Source: Oligoflexales bacterium
GTDB taxonomy: Bacteria > Bdellovibrionota_B > Oligoflexia > Oligoflexales > CAIYRB01
Direction of reading: 5' to 3'
Length of the DNA: 64,000 nucleotides
Assembly: GCA_041736175.1 (NCBI GenBank)
Contig: JBGSUI010000059.1
Span: forward strand, 1 to 64,000
A program made the translations under genes and the position numbers. This document shows positions 39,744-49,878 of this stretch, one piece after another (position 1 is the first letter of the stretch; each line of letters begins with the position of its first letter). Under the pieces are notes generated by a model, which was given only the letters and a program-made list of their open reading frames with translations, made no database searches and had not been told where the DNA came from.

Positions 39744-40721
39744 TTAAAATATTTTTGCGGCTAACAAGTCTTGAAGCCTGACTAAACCTACCAGTTGTCG
39801 TTTCCCAACTACTGAGGTTTCCACAAAGAGCCGGCTAACCCGGTTTTGGTTCATCTTAAGTGCTGCCTCGATCGCCAAATCCGAATCCAAAATCGTCAGC
39901 GGCTTTTGAGACATGATTTCCTGGGCCTGCTGCTTAAGGGCATCAGCTCCTCGGGCGAGCAGAGATCGCCTTAGATCCCCATCGGAGATCGCTCCGATCA
40001 GCTCATCTCCATCGACCACCGCTGCGATTCCAAAGTTGTCCACCGTTACGGCCTGTAGGACCTGATAAAAGTCATCATTCCTGTGTATTTTAGGCAGGTT
40101 GTCTCCATGGTGCATATGGTCCTTTACCAAGGAGAGTTTACGGCCTAAAGAGCCCCCTGGATGGAGACTTGCAAAATCCCTAGGAGTAAACCCCCGAGCC
40201 TCCATAAGGCTCACAGCGAGGGCATCTCCTAGAGCGATCGTAAGGGTGGACGAATTGGTGGGAGCTAAATTATGGGGATCAGCTTCTTTTTCCACATGAC
40301 AATCGATAATCACATGGGAGAGCTGTCCTAAACTGGATTCCTTTTTGCCCGTAAGCGCGAGGACCGTGATTCCAATCCGCCTGGCAAACTTAGCCACTTC
40401 CACCACTTCTGGTGTTTCGCCTCCGTAGGCAATCGCTAGGAGAATGTCCTGATGTTGGAGCATTCCAAAATCACCATGGAGGGCTTCTGATGGGTGCAAA
40501 AAGGCTGCTGAAGTCCCTGTGGACGAAAGGGTCGATGCTATTTTTCGTCCCACATGTCCCGACTTTCCCAGACCGGTGACCACGACTTTTCCCTGGTGGG
40601 ATAAAATCAAATTTACGGCTTGGTAAAACTCCTGGCCCAGCCTTTGGGCTGCGGCTGTGAGGGCTGCGGCTTCGGCAAGGAGGGTTCCTTGCCCTGATTG
40701 GATGATGGTTCCAGAACTCAT
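39744..40721 (-). CDS. kdsD: Arabinose-5-phosphate isomerase (KpsF/GutQ)
   Basis: [24 protein letters not shown], and a CBS pair. Confidence 0.95.
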   Translation of the reverse strand: MSSGTIIQSGQGTLLAEAAALTAAAQRLGQEFYQAVNLILSHQGKVVVTGLGKSGHVGRKIASTLSSTGTSAAFLHPSEALHGDFGMLQHQDILLAIAYGGETPEVVEVAKFARRIGITVLALTGKKESSLGQLSHVIIDCHVEKEADPHNLAPTNSSTLTIALGDALAVSLMEARGFTPRDFASLHPGGSLGRKLSLVKDHMHHGDNLPKIHRNDDFYQVLQAVTVDNFGIAAVVDGDELIGAISDGDLRRSLLARGADALKQQAQEIMSQKPLTILDSDLAIEAALKMNQNRVSRLFVETSVVGKRQLVGLVRLQDLLAAKIF

Positions 40722-42382
40722 GCCCGCCCCCCTTTGAGGCTTGCTCCCACCAAACCACGAAACAACGGATGGGGGGCAATAGGCTTACTTTTTAGCTCGG
40801 GATGGAACTGGCAGGACACATACCAGGGGTGATCCGTCAACTCCATCATCTCCACGAGTTGCCCATCAGGAGACACTCCACTAAAGACGATTCCTTGGGC
40901 TTCAAAGAGTTCTCGATAGGCATTGTTAAACTCAAACCTATGGCGGTGGCGCTCGCTGATTTCGTCCGCTTCGTAGGCTTGGTAGGCCTTTGTGCCCCTT
41001 TTTAAGACGCAAGGGTAGGCTCCAAGACGCATGGTCCCGCCTTTTTGCGTCACTATCTTTTGGTCTTCCATTAGATGAATCACTGGGTCTTTTAGTTTTC
41101 CATTAAATTCCTGACTATTCGCCTCTTTTCGTCCCAGCTTATGTCTTGCAAACTCGATGGCAGCCAACTGCATTCCTAAACAAATCCCCAAAAAAGGCTT
41201 GTTTTGGCGCCGCGCATAGTGAATCGCGGTGATCTTTCCCTCGATACCCCGCTCCCCAAAACCACCCGGAACGATAATCCCGTCACAATTTTTAAGTAAC
41301 GTCTCAACATTATCTTCATTTACAGAAGCTGCATCGATTAAATTAATGTTGATTTTTGCCCTGTGAAAAATCCCCGCATGGACTAAAGATTCTGTGATTG
41401 ATTTATAGCTATCATAAACGTCCACATATTTTCCTACCATCCCAATAGTACATTCCGCTTCAGGATGATCAAGCGCCTCCACGATTTTGCGCCATTGTTC
41501 CAGATGGGGAGCACCCGTCCAAATATTCAACATATCTACAACAGTCTGGTCAAATCCTTGTTGGTGCAAAACCAAAGGAAGTCGATAGATGTTGTCCACA
41601 TCAAGGGCTTCGACGACGCATTCCGGCTTGACGTTGCAAAAGAGCGCGATCTTTTTCCGTAGGTCGCTTCCAATACTGCGATCGGTTCTACAAACCAAAA
41701 TATTTGGCTGAATGCCTATTTGTCTTAACTCCTTAACCGAATGTTGAGTGGGCTTGGTTTTAAGTTCACGGGCTGCATGAATATAAGGCACTAAAGTCAA
41801 ATGAATATATAAAACATTATCATCCCCCAAGTCATACCGCATCTGCCTGATCGCCTCTAAAAAAGGCAGGCCCTCAATATCACCGACGGTGCCGCCGATT
41901 TCAACGATCGCAATATCCGCATCAGCAGCGACTCGAAATATATTGTCCTTGATCTGATCGGTGATATGGGGAATCACTTGCACCGTTCCTCCTAAATAAT
42001 CACCGCGCCGTTCTTTGCTCAGCACCGCATCATAGACTTGTCCCGCCGAAAAGCTGTTCTGTCGTTTTAGGGTGGCTTCTGTAAACCTCTCATAATGGCC
42101 AAGGTCTAAATCGGTCTCAGCTCCGTCATCCGTAACAAAAACCTCGCCATGCTGGGAGGGATTCATCGTCCCTGGATCCACGTTGATGTAGGGATCAGCC
42201 TTCATGAGAGTGACTTTCAAGCCACGGGTTTCTAACAGCGCCCCACAACTCGCCGCCACGATTCCTTTTCCTAACGAGGAAACCACTCCACCTGTCACAA
42301 AAATAAATTTGGTACGACTGCGGCTTTTTGGTGTCTTTTGCACGGGTTTATTTCCAAAAAAGTTAAGGGCTGAAGACTGCAA
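40718..42382 (-). CDS. pyrG: CTP synthase
   Basis: [41 protein letters not shown]. Confidence 0.98.
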   Translation of the reverse strand: MQSSALNFFGNKPVQKTPKSRSRTKFIFVTGGVVSSLGKGIVAASCGALLETRGLKVTLMKADPYINVDPGTMNPSQHGEVFVTDDGAETDLDLGHYERFTEATLKRQNSFSAGQVYDAVLSKERRGDYLGGTVQVIPHITDQIKDNIFRVAADADIAIVEIGGTVGDIEGLPFLEAIRQMRYDLGDDNVLYIHLTLVPYIHAARELKTKPTQHSVKELRQIGIQPNILVCRTDRSIGSDLRKKIALFCNVKPECVVEALDVDNIYRLPLVLHQQGFDQTVVDMLNIWTGAPHLEQWRKIVEALDHPEAECTIGMVGKYVDVYDSYKSITESLVHAGIFHRAKININLIDAASVNEDNVETLLKNCDGIIVPGGFGERGIEGKITAIHYARRQNKPFLGICLGMQLAAIEFARHKLGRKEANSQEFNGKLKDPVIHLMEDQKIVTQKGGTMRLGAYPCVLKRGTKAYQAYEADEISERHRHRFEFNNAYRELFEAQGIVFSGVSPDGQLVEMMELTDHPWYVSCQFHPELKSKPIAPHPLFRGLVGASLKGGRA

Positions 42383-42686
42383 CTCGTATATCGAGGAATA
42401 GCGAGAAAAACGAAATGCCTGGACGGAACGTCATAGTAGTGGTCTGGTTAGATTCAGTCAAGAACGACTTTTTTACGATTTTAATACAGTATGTTAAGAC
42501 TCTAGCGGGAAGACTAAAATCCCGGGGTTGGACCTCCAAAAGTCCTCCCCCATCTACCCCAAGAGGTCTCTAGGACCACCCCTGCCAGCTGGGTAGCTTG
42601 TTAACTCTGGTAGGAGCATACCCTGTGCTTGCGTGTCCTGTTCACAAAGGATCGTAATTGGTCAGGGCGGATTTGTGGACAGGCTC

Positions 42687-44372
42687 CTAAGTGAGATACT
42701 GTAGCAGATCTCCTCTCCTAAATGTGGCTGACAGCCTCTGCAACCCAATCGCTTGGCCTCCGTAGAGTTTGTTTAACGCATCGCCGAGTACTTTCACAGA
42801 TTTATCAAAATAAGTCTCTCCCTGTTCAGATAAGATTTTGCGAGCTTCCGCAAATTTTCTGTGGTCAAGATCACTCAGCTTGATGCACATCCCTTCAAGA
42901 AGATATCTTCCCATCAGCATGGACGAAAAGCATGATCCGTATCGCACAAGTTCTGGAGAACCTTCAGGAGGTCTTCTCCTTTTACTCTCTGCTATTCTAA
43001 ATATAAGAACCGCCATGACTAACTGAGCACCATTTAGATCTTTTGTAAAAATTTCATCGTAGAGCTTTCCAAAATGATCTCCGCTCCTAAACTTTGCTTG
43101 TTGAGGACGTCCTCGCCAAACGCATAAAATCGCTTCGGCGGCTGTCCCTACGCTGATTTCGTTGGCTCGAAAAGCCCCCTCTGTTCTCTGTCGCCTGTAG
43201 TCGAAACCAAGTTCATGAATCGACATTTCAAGACTTTTCTGCAAGTCCTGATTAGATCTTAAATCCTTAAGGTCCACTGGATTTTGACTGTTCGTCGCAT
43301 ATGTAATCATTTTAACAAAGGAAACTGCAGCCTTCGGAACTTGGTATAAGCGAACAAGAACAAAAGCAGCATCTATATTGTCTTGTCCTGCTTTGGTTTC
43401 CTTGTTCAGATCTTCTAATACGGCGAAAACGGTTTTGCTAGTTTGACCTCCATTTATGATCTGAAGGCCTTCGACTCGAACCTTATAATTGTCGCTTTGA
43501 AGTGCATTAAAATCAAATCGATCGCAAATCAGAGTTATGCCATTGTTATAAAAATAAAAATTTTGCCTCTCTTGAGGATCCATTAAAGTAGTTTTTATTC
43601 CCTCATTTATCCTGTTACCATGCAAGCCCAAATACCTTCTAATGTTTCTTTCGAGCAGCCGGTCTCCATGGGTTCTCATCAACCTTCCAATTTCTGATAT
43701 TGCCATTTTTCCTATAAAAACTCGGGAATAGTTGAAATCCTCTACAAATGCCTTTCCGTTAAACTGTAAGGTATCAGCAACAGCCGATGTCGATTGCAGC
43801 ACCTTTACAAGCACATCGTGGTTGATGTGTTCAAAGGTTACTCTTTCATTAAAACCTTCCCTGTCGATAATTTGTTGGCACTCTGGACGTTTCCATGAAA
43901 GCCCATTGTTACACAAAAGCACACGCACATTGGGAATGACTCCATCGACAATTAGGGACCGAATTTCTTCCACCTGAGCTTGGAGTCGCTTGTTAAAATT
44001 TTGTGGAGCAGTCGGCGAAAAGAGCGTTCGAACAGCTTGTACACATTTCTCTACGCCACCTTGAGGGAAATTTTGATTACCCTCCAAATTAGACTGGCTA
44101 TACTTTGCTTGGATGATGGTCACTGTAAAATCACCGTCGGTTATATCTCCAATCGACATAGCGTCGATCCCAAAATCGCCACCACCCTCTGTTAAGATCT
44201 CAAGGGCTTCTTCGTTTGAGAGATCCAGCATGACCTTCGCACAGAGAATGACAAATGCGGCTGATATAAGTCGCTTATCATCCAACTTACCTACATGCTC
44301 CTCCATCTGGGGCCTAAATTTTTCGGCGAGACCGCGAACCTGCTGATCAACTATCTGTACATTAATGTTCAA
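42687..44372 (-). CDS. AIPR family (abortive infection phage resistance) protein
   Basis: GGGDFGIDA, IQAKY, NIRRYLG, FYFYNNGIT, QIINGGQT, NSQNPV. Confidence 0.92.
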   Translation of the reverse strand: MNINVQIVDQQVRGLAEKFRPQMEEHVGKLDDKRLISAAFVILCAKVMLDLSNEEALEILTEGGGDFGIDAMSIGDITDGDFTVTIIQAKYSQSNLEGNQNFPQGGVEKCVQAVRTLFSPTAPQNFNKRLQAQVEEIRSLIVDGVIPNVRVLLCNNGLSWKRPECQQIIDREGFNERVTFEHINHDVLVKVLQSTSAVADTLQFNGKAFVEDFNYSRVFIGKMAISEIGRLMRTHGDRLLERNIRRYLGLHGNRINEGIKTTLMDPQERQNFYFYNNGITLICDRFDFNALQSDNYKVRVEGLQIINGGQTSKTVFAVLEDLNKETKAGQDNIDAAFVLVRLYQVPKAAVSFVKMITYATNSQNPVDLKDLRSNQDLQKSLEMSIHELGFDYRRQRTEGAFRANEISVGTAAEAILCVWRGRPQQAKFRSGDHFGKLYDEIFTKDLNGAQLVMAVLIFRIAESKRRRPPEGSPELVRYGSCFSSMLMGRYLLEGMCIKLSDLDHRKFAEARKILSEQGETYFDKSVKVLGDALNKLYGGQAIGLQRLSATFRRGDLLQYLT

Positions 44373-44506
44373 TTGCTACCTTTCAATAGGTTACGCCAGT
44401 TTTCTCGGCTTGCACTGGCTCGAGATCTTAGAATTTTTATAACTCATAGGGAGCAGATTGGCCACGGACAAGGAATAGAGCAAATTGTGTGTTTAAATCC
44501 ATCATT

Positions 44507-45655
44507 TTATGCCCAAACCGTGAAATTATCGCGCGTTATAAAGACCGGCTCACAGGCCGAGTGGAACTCTTCAAAGAACTCCTCAAGACCAGCCTCGTGC
44601 CGTGCTTGTATTCCTTCCCAAGACACCTGATAGGGAGTCAGGCCTTCCTGTGTTTCGACAACAAAGTCAACCTCGTTTTTGCCCTTCCAGTAGTAGACCT
44701 TACTATACCGACGCCTCAGTTCAAGAAAGACAATATTCTCGAAATCTTTTCCCAGATCTTTCCCCGTCCGGCTGACGACAGCTCGCCGCAATGCAGGATC
44801 GATTGCATAGTATTTTTTGTTGTGATGGCTGCGTTTTCTTTCCGAGTAAGCAAAATACTCACAACCAAAGCAAAGATAGGCGTTCTCAGCTGCTGCGAGG
44901 TAGGCACCAACTGTGTCGACCGACAGATTTAGAGTGCCAGAAAGTCGGCGCAGGCTCAGCTCGGAGCCGACTGCTTCAAAGGTCATCTTGATGGTACGAG
45001 TCAGATCGAGGGCTGTCCTTGCTTTGAGACGCTCGCGTAGATCTTTCTCGATGATGTCGATGAAGTATTGCCGCAGCAATCTCCCCGGCTCGGGGTCTTG
45101 AAGCACACGTGGAAAGCCACCGCGCTGAAGGTAGTCCTCTAAGGATAGGTCGGGAAAAGCATGGGAAAACTCCCGCCAGGAAAAAGGAAAGAGCTCGTAG
45201 GAAAGATGGCGGCCTGTCAATACCGTGGAAAGCTCACCGGACAGCATGGAGGCATTTGACCCAGTGATAACGAACACGTCGTCAGCGGGTCGATCAAGCC
45301 GGAGACGCAACCACTTCTGCCAGTTGCTGACGACTTGCAGCTTGTCGAAAAAGTAATGGTGGCTGCCCTCAGGCTGAATCTCGCGAGCGGTTGCAAGGAT
45401 TTCATCGAGAAGTGACGCATTCAGGCGATCGACGATGCGAGGATCCTCGAAGTTTACGGCAAAGCAATGAGTGTTTGCGATCTGCCAACTCTGGCTGAGT
45501 TGCTGCAACACGGTTGATTTGCCGCACCGCCTAACGCCGGTGATCATAGTAGCGAGATCAGGTGCTGGTCGCCCTACCTTAAATTGCCTTGGCCAGGGTA
45601 TAGGACTCGGTGCTAAACTCCAGGTTTCCATAAGCTCGCTTATTATTTTGGACAT
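44507..45655 (-). CDS. AAA_14 / DUF4143 ATP-binding protein
   Basis: GVRRCGKST, NFEDPR, ITGSNA, GGFP, KYYAID, EVDFV. Walker B reads FFDKLQ. Confidence 0.9.
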   Translation of the reverse strand: MSKIISELMETWSLAPSPIPWPRQFKVGRPAPDLATMITGVRRCGKSTVLQQLSQSWQIANTHCFAVNFEDPRIVDRLNASLLDEILATAREIQPEGSHHYFFDKLQVVSNWQKWLRLRLDRPADDVFVITGSNASMLSGELSTVLTGRHLSYELFPFSWREFSHAFPDLSLEDYLQRGGFPRVLQDPEPGRLLRQYFIDIIEKDLRERLKARTALDLTRTIKMTFEAVGSELSLRRLSGTLNLSVDTVGAYLAAAENAYLCFGCEYFAYSERKRSHHNKKYYAIDPALRRAVVSRTGKDLGKDFENIVFLELRRRYSKVYYWKGKNEVDFVVETQEGLTPYQVSWEGIQARHEAGLEEFFEEFHSACEPVFITRDNFTVWA

Positions 45656-45683
45656 TTTCGGATAACCACCTGATAAAATGCGG

Positions 45684-45741
45684 AATATCAATCTTGTCGA
45701 TCGTAGTCGACAAGATTGATATTGTCAATTACGATCGACAA
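45684..45741. promoter_or_regulatory. Overlapping inverted repeats upstream of the DUF4143 ATPase
   Basis: 17-bp perfect IR at 45684-45700/45707-45723 and a 12-bp perfect IR at 45694-45705/45730-45741. Confidence 0.7.
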
Positions 45742-45859
45742 AAGGGTAACAGTCAGCCGTGAACGACGGGGTTTTACGGCACTTATGATAAAATCAGTTT
45801 GTCTCCAAAAAAATCCAATCAACTTGACATCCATGACTCAGAAAGAAATTTAAAAGCCT

Positions 45860-47086
45860 ATGGACGTTTCATACCTATTTAGATTTGGTAGTTTGTCAAT
45901 GATCGTCCTTTGTACCTGTTGTTTTTTGGAGGGTAAAAAAAAGAAGAATCAACGGGGTGCCACGGGGGGATCAGAAATTGTCCTCAGGGACTCCATTTTC
46001 TTTGACCGGCTGGGGGATCGAACTAGCGCTCGCCTGACTTTTAAAACCAAAGTCCCAGCAACCTGCCAATATACCTTTTACCCCCAGGACCAGCCCACAC
46101 CGGACGCTCCCCCGCAACCCATCCTCTGCTCAGACCCTGACAAACCCAGGTCCGAATTTAACGAGAGAATCAGCCCACTTTTAGCTGGCAAACTCTATTT
46201 TCTAACCCTGACTGCTAAAAATCCTAGCGCACCCGGAACACCCGATACTTTTATCGTTCGAGAGCCGGAAGGGGGAGGGGGAACCAACTCCCCGGCTGGA
46301 ACCTCACCCTCAGGGACGTCTCCCTCGGGATCACCATCTTCAAATGGAGATCAAGACACTGCACCCCTGAGCGAGCTTTTTGTCGGCAGAGTCGACATGG
46401 CCCTCAAGTCTGCTGAGGTGCTGAGGCATGTCCTTAAAACCCCCCTTTCCCGTGAGGCCATTCGCAACGAGCTTAAAAGAACGGTTGGATGCCAAGACCA
46501 AGCCCCTACGACCTCCTATCCCTTTAGGAGTCACGAGAACCAAATTCTTATTTCGCAACTAGCGACCAAAGATCTTGGCACGGCCTTAAGCACCCCTCGA
46601 CCAGACCTTCCAGGGGTGCTTAATTTGGACTACTCAGCGATCAACGATGGGATCGATAAATGGACTTTTATGTACCGCTTTCAAGACCAAGATCAGATTT
46701 ATTCTGCCAGGCCTGTGGTACGGCTTGCCAAAGTCCAGTTGATCAGCGACCAAACTTATGACCTCGATATTCCAAACCTGGATGAATCTTCGGAACCCGT
46801 CAAAATCAATCCCCTTAAGGAACTTAAGATCCAGTGGACGGTACCTCCCCAAACCCCTGCCACTTCCTATGTGACGGTCCAGATCGGTCGGCCTACCCTT
46901 GCGAAATCGGTTTTTTGCGTCTTCCAAGCCGACCAAAGAACCGGTACCATCCCACCCCAACTGCTATCTAATCTTCAATCAGGTCGGCATGTTATCTCAG
47001 TCGAACTCGCCACTACGGTTTTTTTGCCGAAAGAAAAATGGATCACGACGGCCTATGATTGGCGGTCTGGAAGAATCGAAAAATAA
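45860..47086 (+). CDS. Hypothetical exported protein or lipoprotein
   Basis: 408-aa ORF with a Cys-containing N-terminal hydrophobic segment and a Ser/Gly/Pro linker. Confidence 0.75.
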   Translation: MDVSYLFRFGSLSMIVLCTCCFLEGKKKKNQRGATGGSEIVLRDSIFFDRLGDRTSARLTFKTKVPATCQYTFYPQDQPTPDAPPQPILCSDPDKPRSEFNERISPLLAGKLYFLTLTAKNPSAPGTPDTFIVREPEGGGGTNSPAGTSPSGTSPSGSPSSNGDQDTAPLSELFVGRVDMALKSAEVLRHVLKTPLSREAIRNELKRTVGCQDQAPTTSYPFRSHENQILISQLATKDLGTALSTPRPDLPGVLNLDYSAINDGIDKWTFMYRFQDQDQIYSARPVVRLAKVQLISDQTYDLDIPNLDESSEPVKINPLKELKIQWTVPPQTPATSYVTVQIGRPTLAKSVFCVFQADQRTGTIPPQLLSNLQSGRHVISVELATTVFLPKEKWITTAYDWRSGRIEK

Positions 47087-47100
47087 AAGGAGTGACTCCA

Positions 47101-48192
47101 TTGCAGGATAGCATCCACCCAACCGATACTCCCTATCGATACCTTGCTTCGCCCCTGGTGATGTTCAGTATCATTTTGTTTTTTTTGGGGAGCACCCTGG
47201 GCTATGGAGCAACCGTTAAAAAAGTAAACTCCAAAAAAGGGCTTGTTCTCTTGGATGTTGGTGCTGATGAAACCCTAGAGACCGAAACCGAAATCTGTAT
47301 CTTCAATGAAAACGACAAAAAGACCGATTGCGGCACCATCACTAAAATCAAAGGCAAAACCGCTACAGTAAAGATGAAATCCAAGAAAAAAATCAAAAAA
47401 ATAAAGCCTGATATGGCGGCCCGCGCCCCTGACTCCGATGGTAGTGATGGGGCTGAGGGTGGCTCGTCAAAATCTGCTTCTGGCAAGATGCCCATGGGTC
47501 TCTTAGGTCGCTATCTTTATACGATCGCGGCGCCTTCAACTTTTAAAAGAAATGGCTATGTTGTACCTGTTTCAAAAACTCCATCCACCCTCTGGAAGGA
47601 CGAAGGGACTGTGTCTGACAGTGGCCTAGGTTTTTCCCTTGCTTTTGCAATTCCCGTATCTAAGTACGCCATTATTCCGGGATTCAGGTACCGTGTTGCT
47701 AGTGTTGAAGTCATCTCAGACTATGCCAGTGACCGCCGGGACCCATATGTATCCACTCTCACTACGGCCTCTAACTTGGGCCTTTTTGCTGATTTCCAAT
47801 TTCTCAGAATGCCCTTGGGTTCCATAGCCCTCTTCAACATGAGTTCTGGACTCGACATCGATGCCTCCACCGTAACCTTTAAAGCCGAAAAGCGTGATGA
47901 TACTGGTGCAACTCCGACGACGCCCATAGCCACTGCCACCTCAAAGCTCACTGTATTATCCTTAAGAGTCAGCGGTGGACTTGACTTCATGTTTGGAAAA
48001 TCCTTTGGGGTTTCCTCGGGACTCAACGTGCTCCTACCCCTCGCTGCTTTTGGCGCCTCTTTTAGCTCCAAAATGGAGGACTCCGAAAAAAGAGGGGTTG
48101 AAGATCCACAGACGGACCTTAAAAACGCTGTTGGTCACAAGAAAAATGGCTTTGGGGCCGAATTCTACCTTGGTCCTAGCCTGTACTTTTAA
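47101..48192 (+). CDS. Hypothetical protein with a probable C-terminal outer-membrane beta-barrel
   Basis: Signal-like segment, amphipathic strands, terminal Phe (PSLYF). Confidence 0.65.
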   Translation: MQDSIHPTDTPYRYLASPLVMFSIILFFLGSTLGYGATVKKVNSKKGLVLLDVGADETLETETEICIFNENDKKTDCGTITKIKGKTATVKMKSKKKIKKIKPDMAARAPDSDGSDGAEGGSSKSASGKMPMGLLGRYLYTIAAPSTFKRNGYVVPVSKTPSTLWKDEGTVSDSGLGFSLAFAIPVSKYAIIPGFRYRVASVEVISDYASDRRDPYVSTLTTASNLGLFADFQFLRMPLGSIALFNMSSGLDIDASTVTFKAEKRDDTGATPTTPIATATSKLTVLSLRVSGGLDFMFGKSFGVSSGLNVLLPLAAFGASFSSKMEDSEKRGVEDPQTDLKNAVGHKKNGFGAEFYLGPSLYF

Positions 48193-48709
48193 GGCTTCGC
48201 ACCACCAAATAGTGGCTTTGTTCGGCCATAGCTAGACGAATGCTGAGTCCCGTGGCCATCATCCCAAAGACTAGTCCACTAAGCGGCCCGTCAAAGATAA
48301 TGGATAGGCTTACGAGATCGAGAAGTCTCGAAAAATACTCGGGATGGCTCAGAAACCGGTAGGGTCCTAGGGCATAGTGGCGCATCTGAGGATGGGCCAA
48401 ACACCGGTAAGTCCACAACATATTAACGGAATCAATCGCCCACCATCTTAGGGCCGATGACAAGGCAAGGAGCCCTGTAAAAAACACTTTGTAATTTATC
48501 TCACATTGAAAAGTTGGGTAAAAAGCTCCTTCGAAAACAATAAAAATAGGTGCCAACTTTAAAATAAGATACAAAACTTGGCTCACTCGGGGCGAAGACT
48601 CCACAGCTCCTTGATCCCTTAAAAATTTATAGTTTCTACGATGGATTCTCCACTCTGCATACCAGCCTAAGACTAAACTTATTATGATAGATATTTTAAA
48701 AAAATCCAT
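48176..48709 (-). CDS. Isoprenylcysteine carboxyl methyltransferase (ICMT)-like membrane protein
   Basis: LRWWAI...WT, GPYRFLSHPEY. Confidence 0.8.
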   Translation of the reverse strand: MDFFKISIIISLVLGWYAEWRIHRRNYKFLRDQGAVESSPRVSQVLYLILKLAPIFIVFEGAFYPTFQCEINYKVFFTGLLALSSALRWWAIDSVNMLWTYRCLAHPQMRHYALGPYRFLSHPEYFSRLLDLVSLSIIFDGPLSGLVFGMMATGLSIRLAMAEQSHYLVVRSLKSTG

Positions 48710-48811
48710 ACACCCTCACTTGAGCAGACCCATACCCCTTGGCGTTTAATGTCTGGTACCATGTTATAATAAAGCTCATTCTATCTAAAAGCCTTTCGGG
48801 AGACTCTCGCT

Positions 48812-49165
48812 ATGAATTATGGGACTCAAAGGAATGTTCTAAAGTATTTTTCCATAGCAACAATCGTCATGGGACTGGGTTGCTCAAGTGAGGAAAAGGA
48901 GGAAACCACCACGGCACCTACGACGACTGCTGGTAGCTTTGCCGACGCTAACACGGTGATCACTGCCAGCTGCTCGGCTAGTGGTTGCCACGGCAAGACT
49001 GGTGCTGGCTCCACAATCTACCAAGATAACGAAACCAACGTCAAAAAAGACAAAGCCAAAATCGACGCTTCCATTGCCAAGGCCAAAGGAGCCGATGGGT
49101 TTATGCCTAAAAATGGCAATGCCCTCTCCGACGCCGATAAAAAGAAGATTACTGATTTTAAATAA
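48812..49165 (+). CDS. Lipoprotein cytochrome c-like protein (CX4CH)
   Basis: Lipobox GLGC, Thr linker, CSASGCH, distal MP motif, LSDADK helix. Confidence 0.7.
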   Translation: MNYGTQRNVLKYFSIATIVMGLGCSSEEKEETTTAPTTTAGSFADANTVITASCSASGCHGKTGAGSTIYQDNETNVKKDKAKIDASIAKAKGADGFMPKNGNALSDADKKKITDFK

Positions 49166-49195
49166 GCTATTTTGTTATGAAAAATATGGTTAGTC

Positions 49196-49259
49196 TGAGT
49201 ATTTTGGACTAGACTCCAAATTAGTCATGAGTAAATTGGAGTCTGGTCCAAAATACTCA
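49196..49259. repeat. 64-bp near-perfect palindrome
   Basis: TGAGTATTTTGGACTAGACTCCAAATTAGTCA|TGAGTAAATTGGAGTCTGGTCCAAAATACTCA: 32-bp arms with 3 mismatched pairs. Confidence 0.85.
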
Positions 49260-49317
49260 TGCCAACGCGGAGTGGCTCCTCATGCGCGCACATTCTACTT
49301 GTGGTGACTCTCTGGTT

Positions 49318-49345
49318 GATTTTATTCCAATTTAGGAATAAAATC
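49318..49345. promoter_or_regulatory. Probable TA operator
   Basis: Perfect 11-bp IR GATTTTATTCC-AATTTA-GGAATAAAATC, upstream of the toxin stub and antitoxin. Confidence 0.55.
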
Positions 49346-49366
49346 CCATGAGGAACTGGAGGCAGC

Positions 49367-49411
49367 ATGACCCTAAAAGTCGTTGAATTCTTGGGCGATT
49401 GCCCTAAATGA
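49367..49411 (+). pseudogene. Truncated RelE/Gp49-like toxin stub
   Basis: GGAGG RBS followed by MTLKVVEFLGDCPK*, which resembles a toxin N-terminus; directly before the HTH antitoxin. Confidence 0.45.
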
Positions 49412-49423
49412 GAGCTGCTTAAA

Positions 49424-49744
49424 ATGAAAAAAAAGACCACAAAACGCAAGGCTAAAACGCGCGGAGCCCCAACCCAACCAAGTGTCTTCGAACAGCTCGG
49501 TTTCGACACAGCTGAGGCAGCAGCGCTTGAGCGAAAGAGCGTCTTGTACGCCAAGGTTGTGAAAATGGCCCACGCCCACGATCTGACGCAGAAGAAGCTT
49601 GCGAGTCTCCTTGGCATTACACAGCCGCATGTCAGTCAACTGCTCGGCGGCAAGATCAGCCGGTTTAGCGTCGAAAAGCTTATCGAGTTCGCTGAACGAC
49701 TTGGCGCAGACGTCGAAATCGTGGTGCGAAAGAAAGCAAGTTAA
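49424..49744 (+). CDS. XRE-family (HTH_37-like) antitoxin
   Basis: SVFEQLGF, LTQKKLASLLGITQPHVSQLLGGKISRFSVEKL. Confidence 0.88.
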   Translation: MKKKTTKRKAKTRGAPTQPSVFEQLGFDTAEAAALERKSVLYAKVVKMAHAHDLTQKKLASLLGITQPHVSQLLGGKISRFSVEKLIEFAERLGADVEIVVRKKAS

Positions 49745-49878
49745 CAGAGGATTACGAAAAAAACGGAATCCGCGTCCTGCCTTTCTCGACCTTTTGCCGC
49801 CTTTGCAACATGCCTTAACATGTCTGGACCCAACGAGTTCTGGATTTTCCCAAAAAGAGGAGGTAAAAGGGTCTTCCT

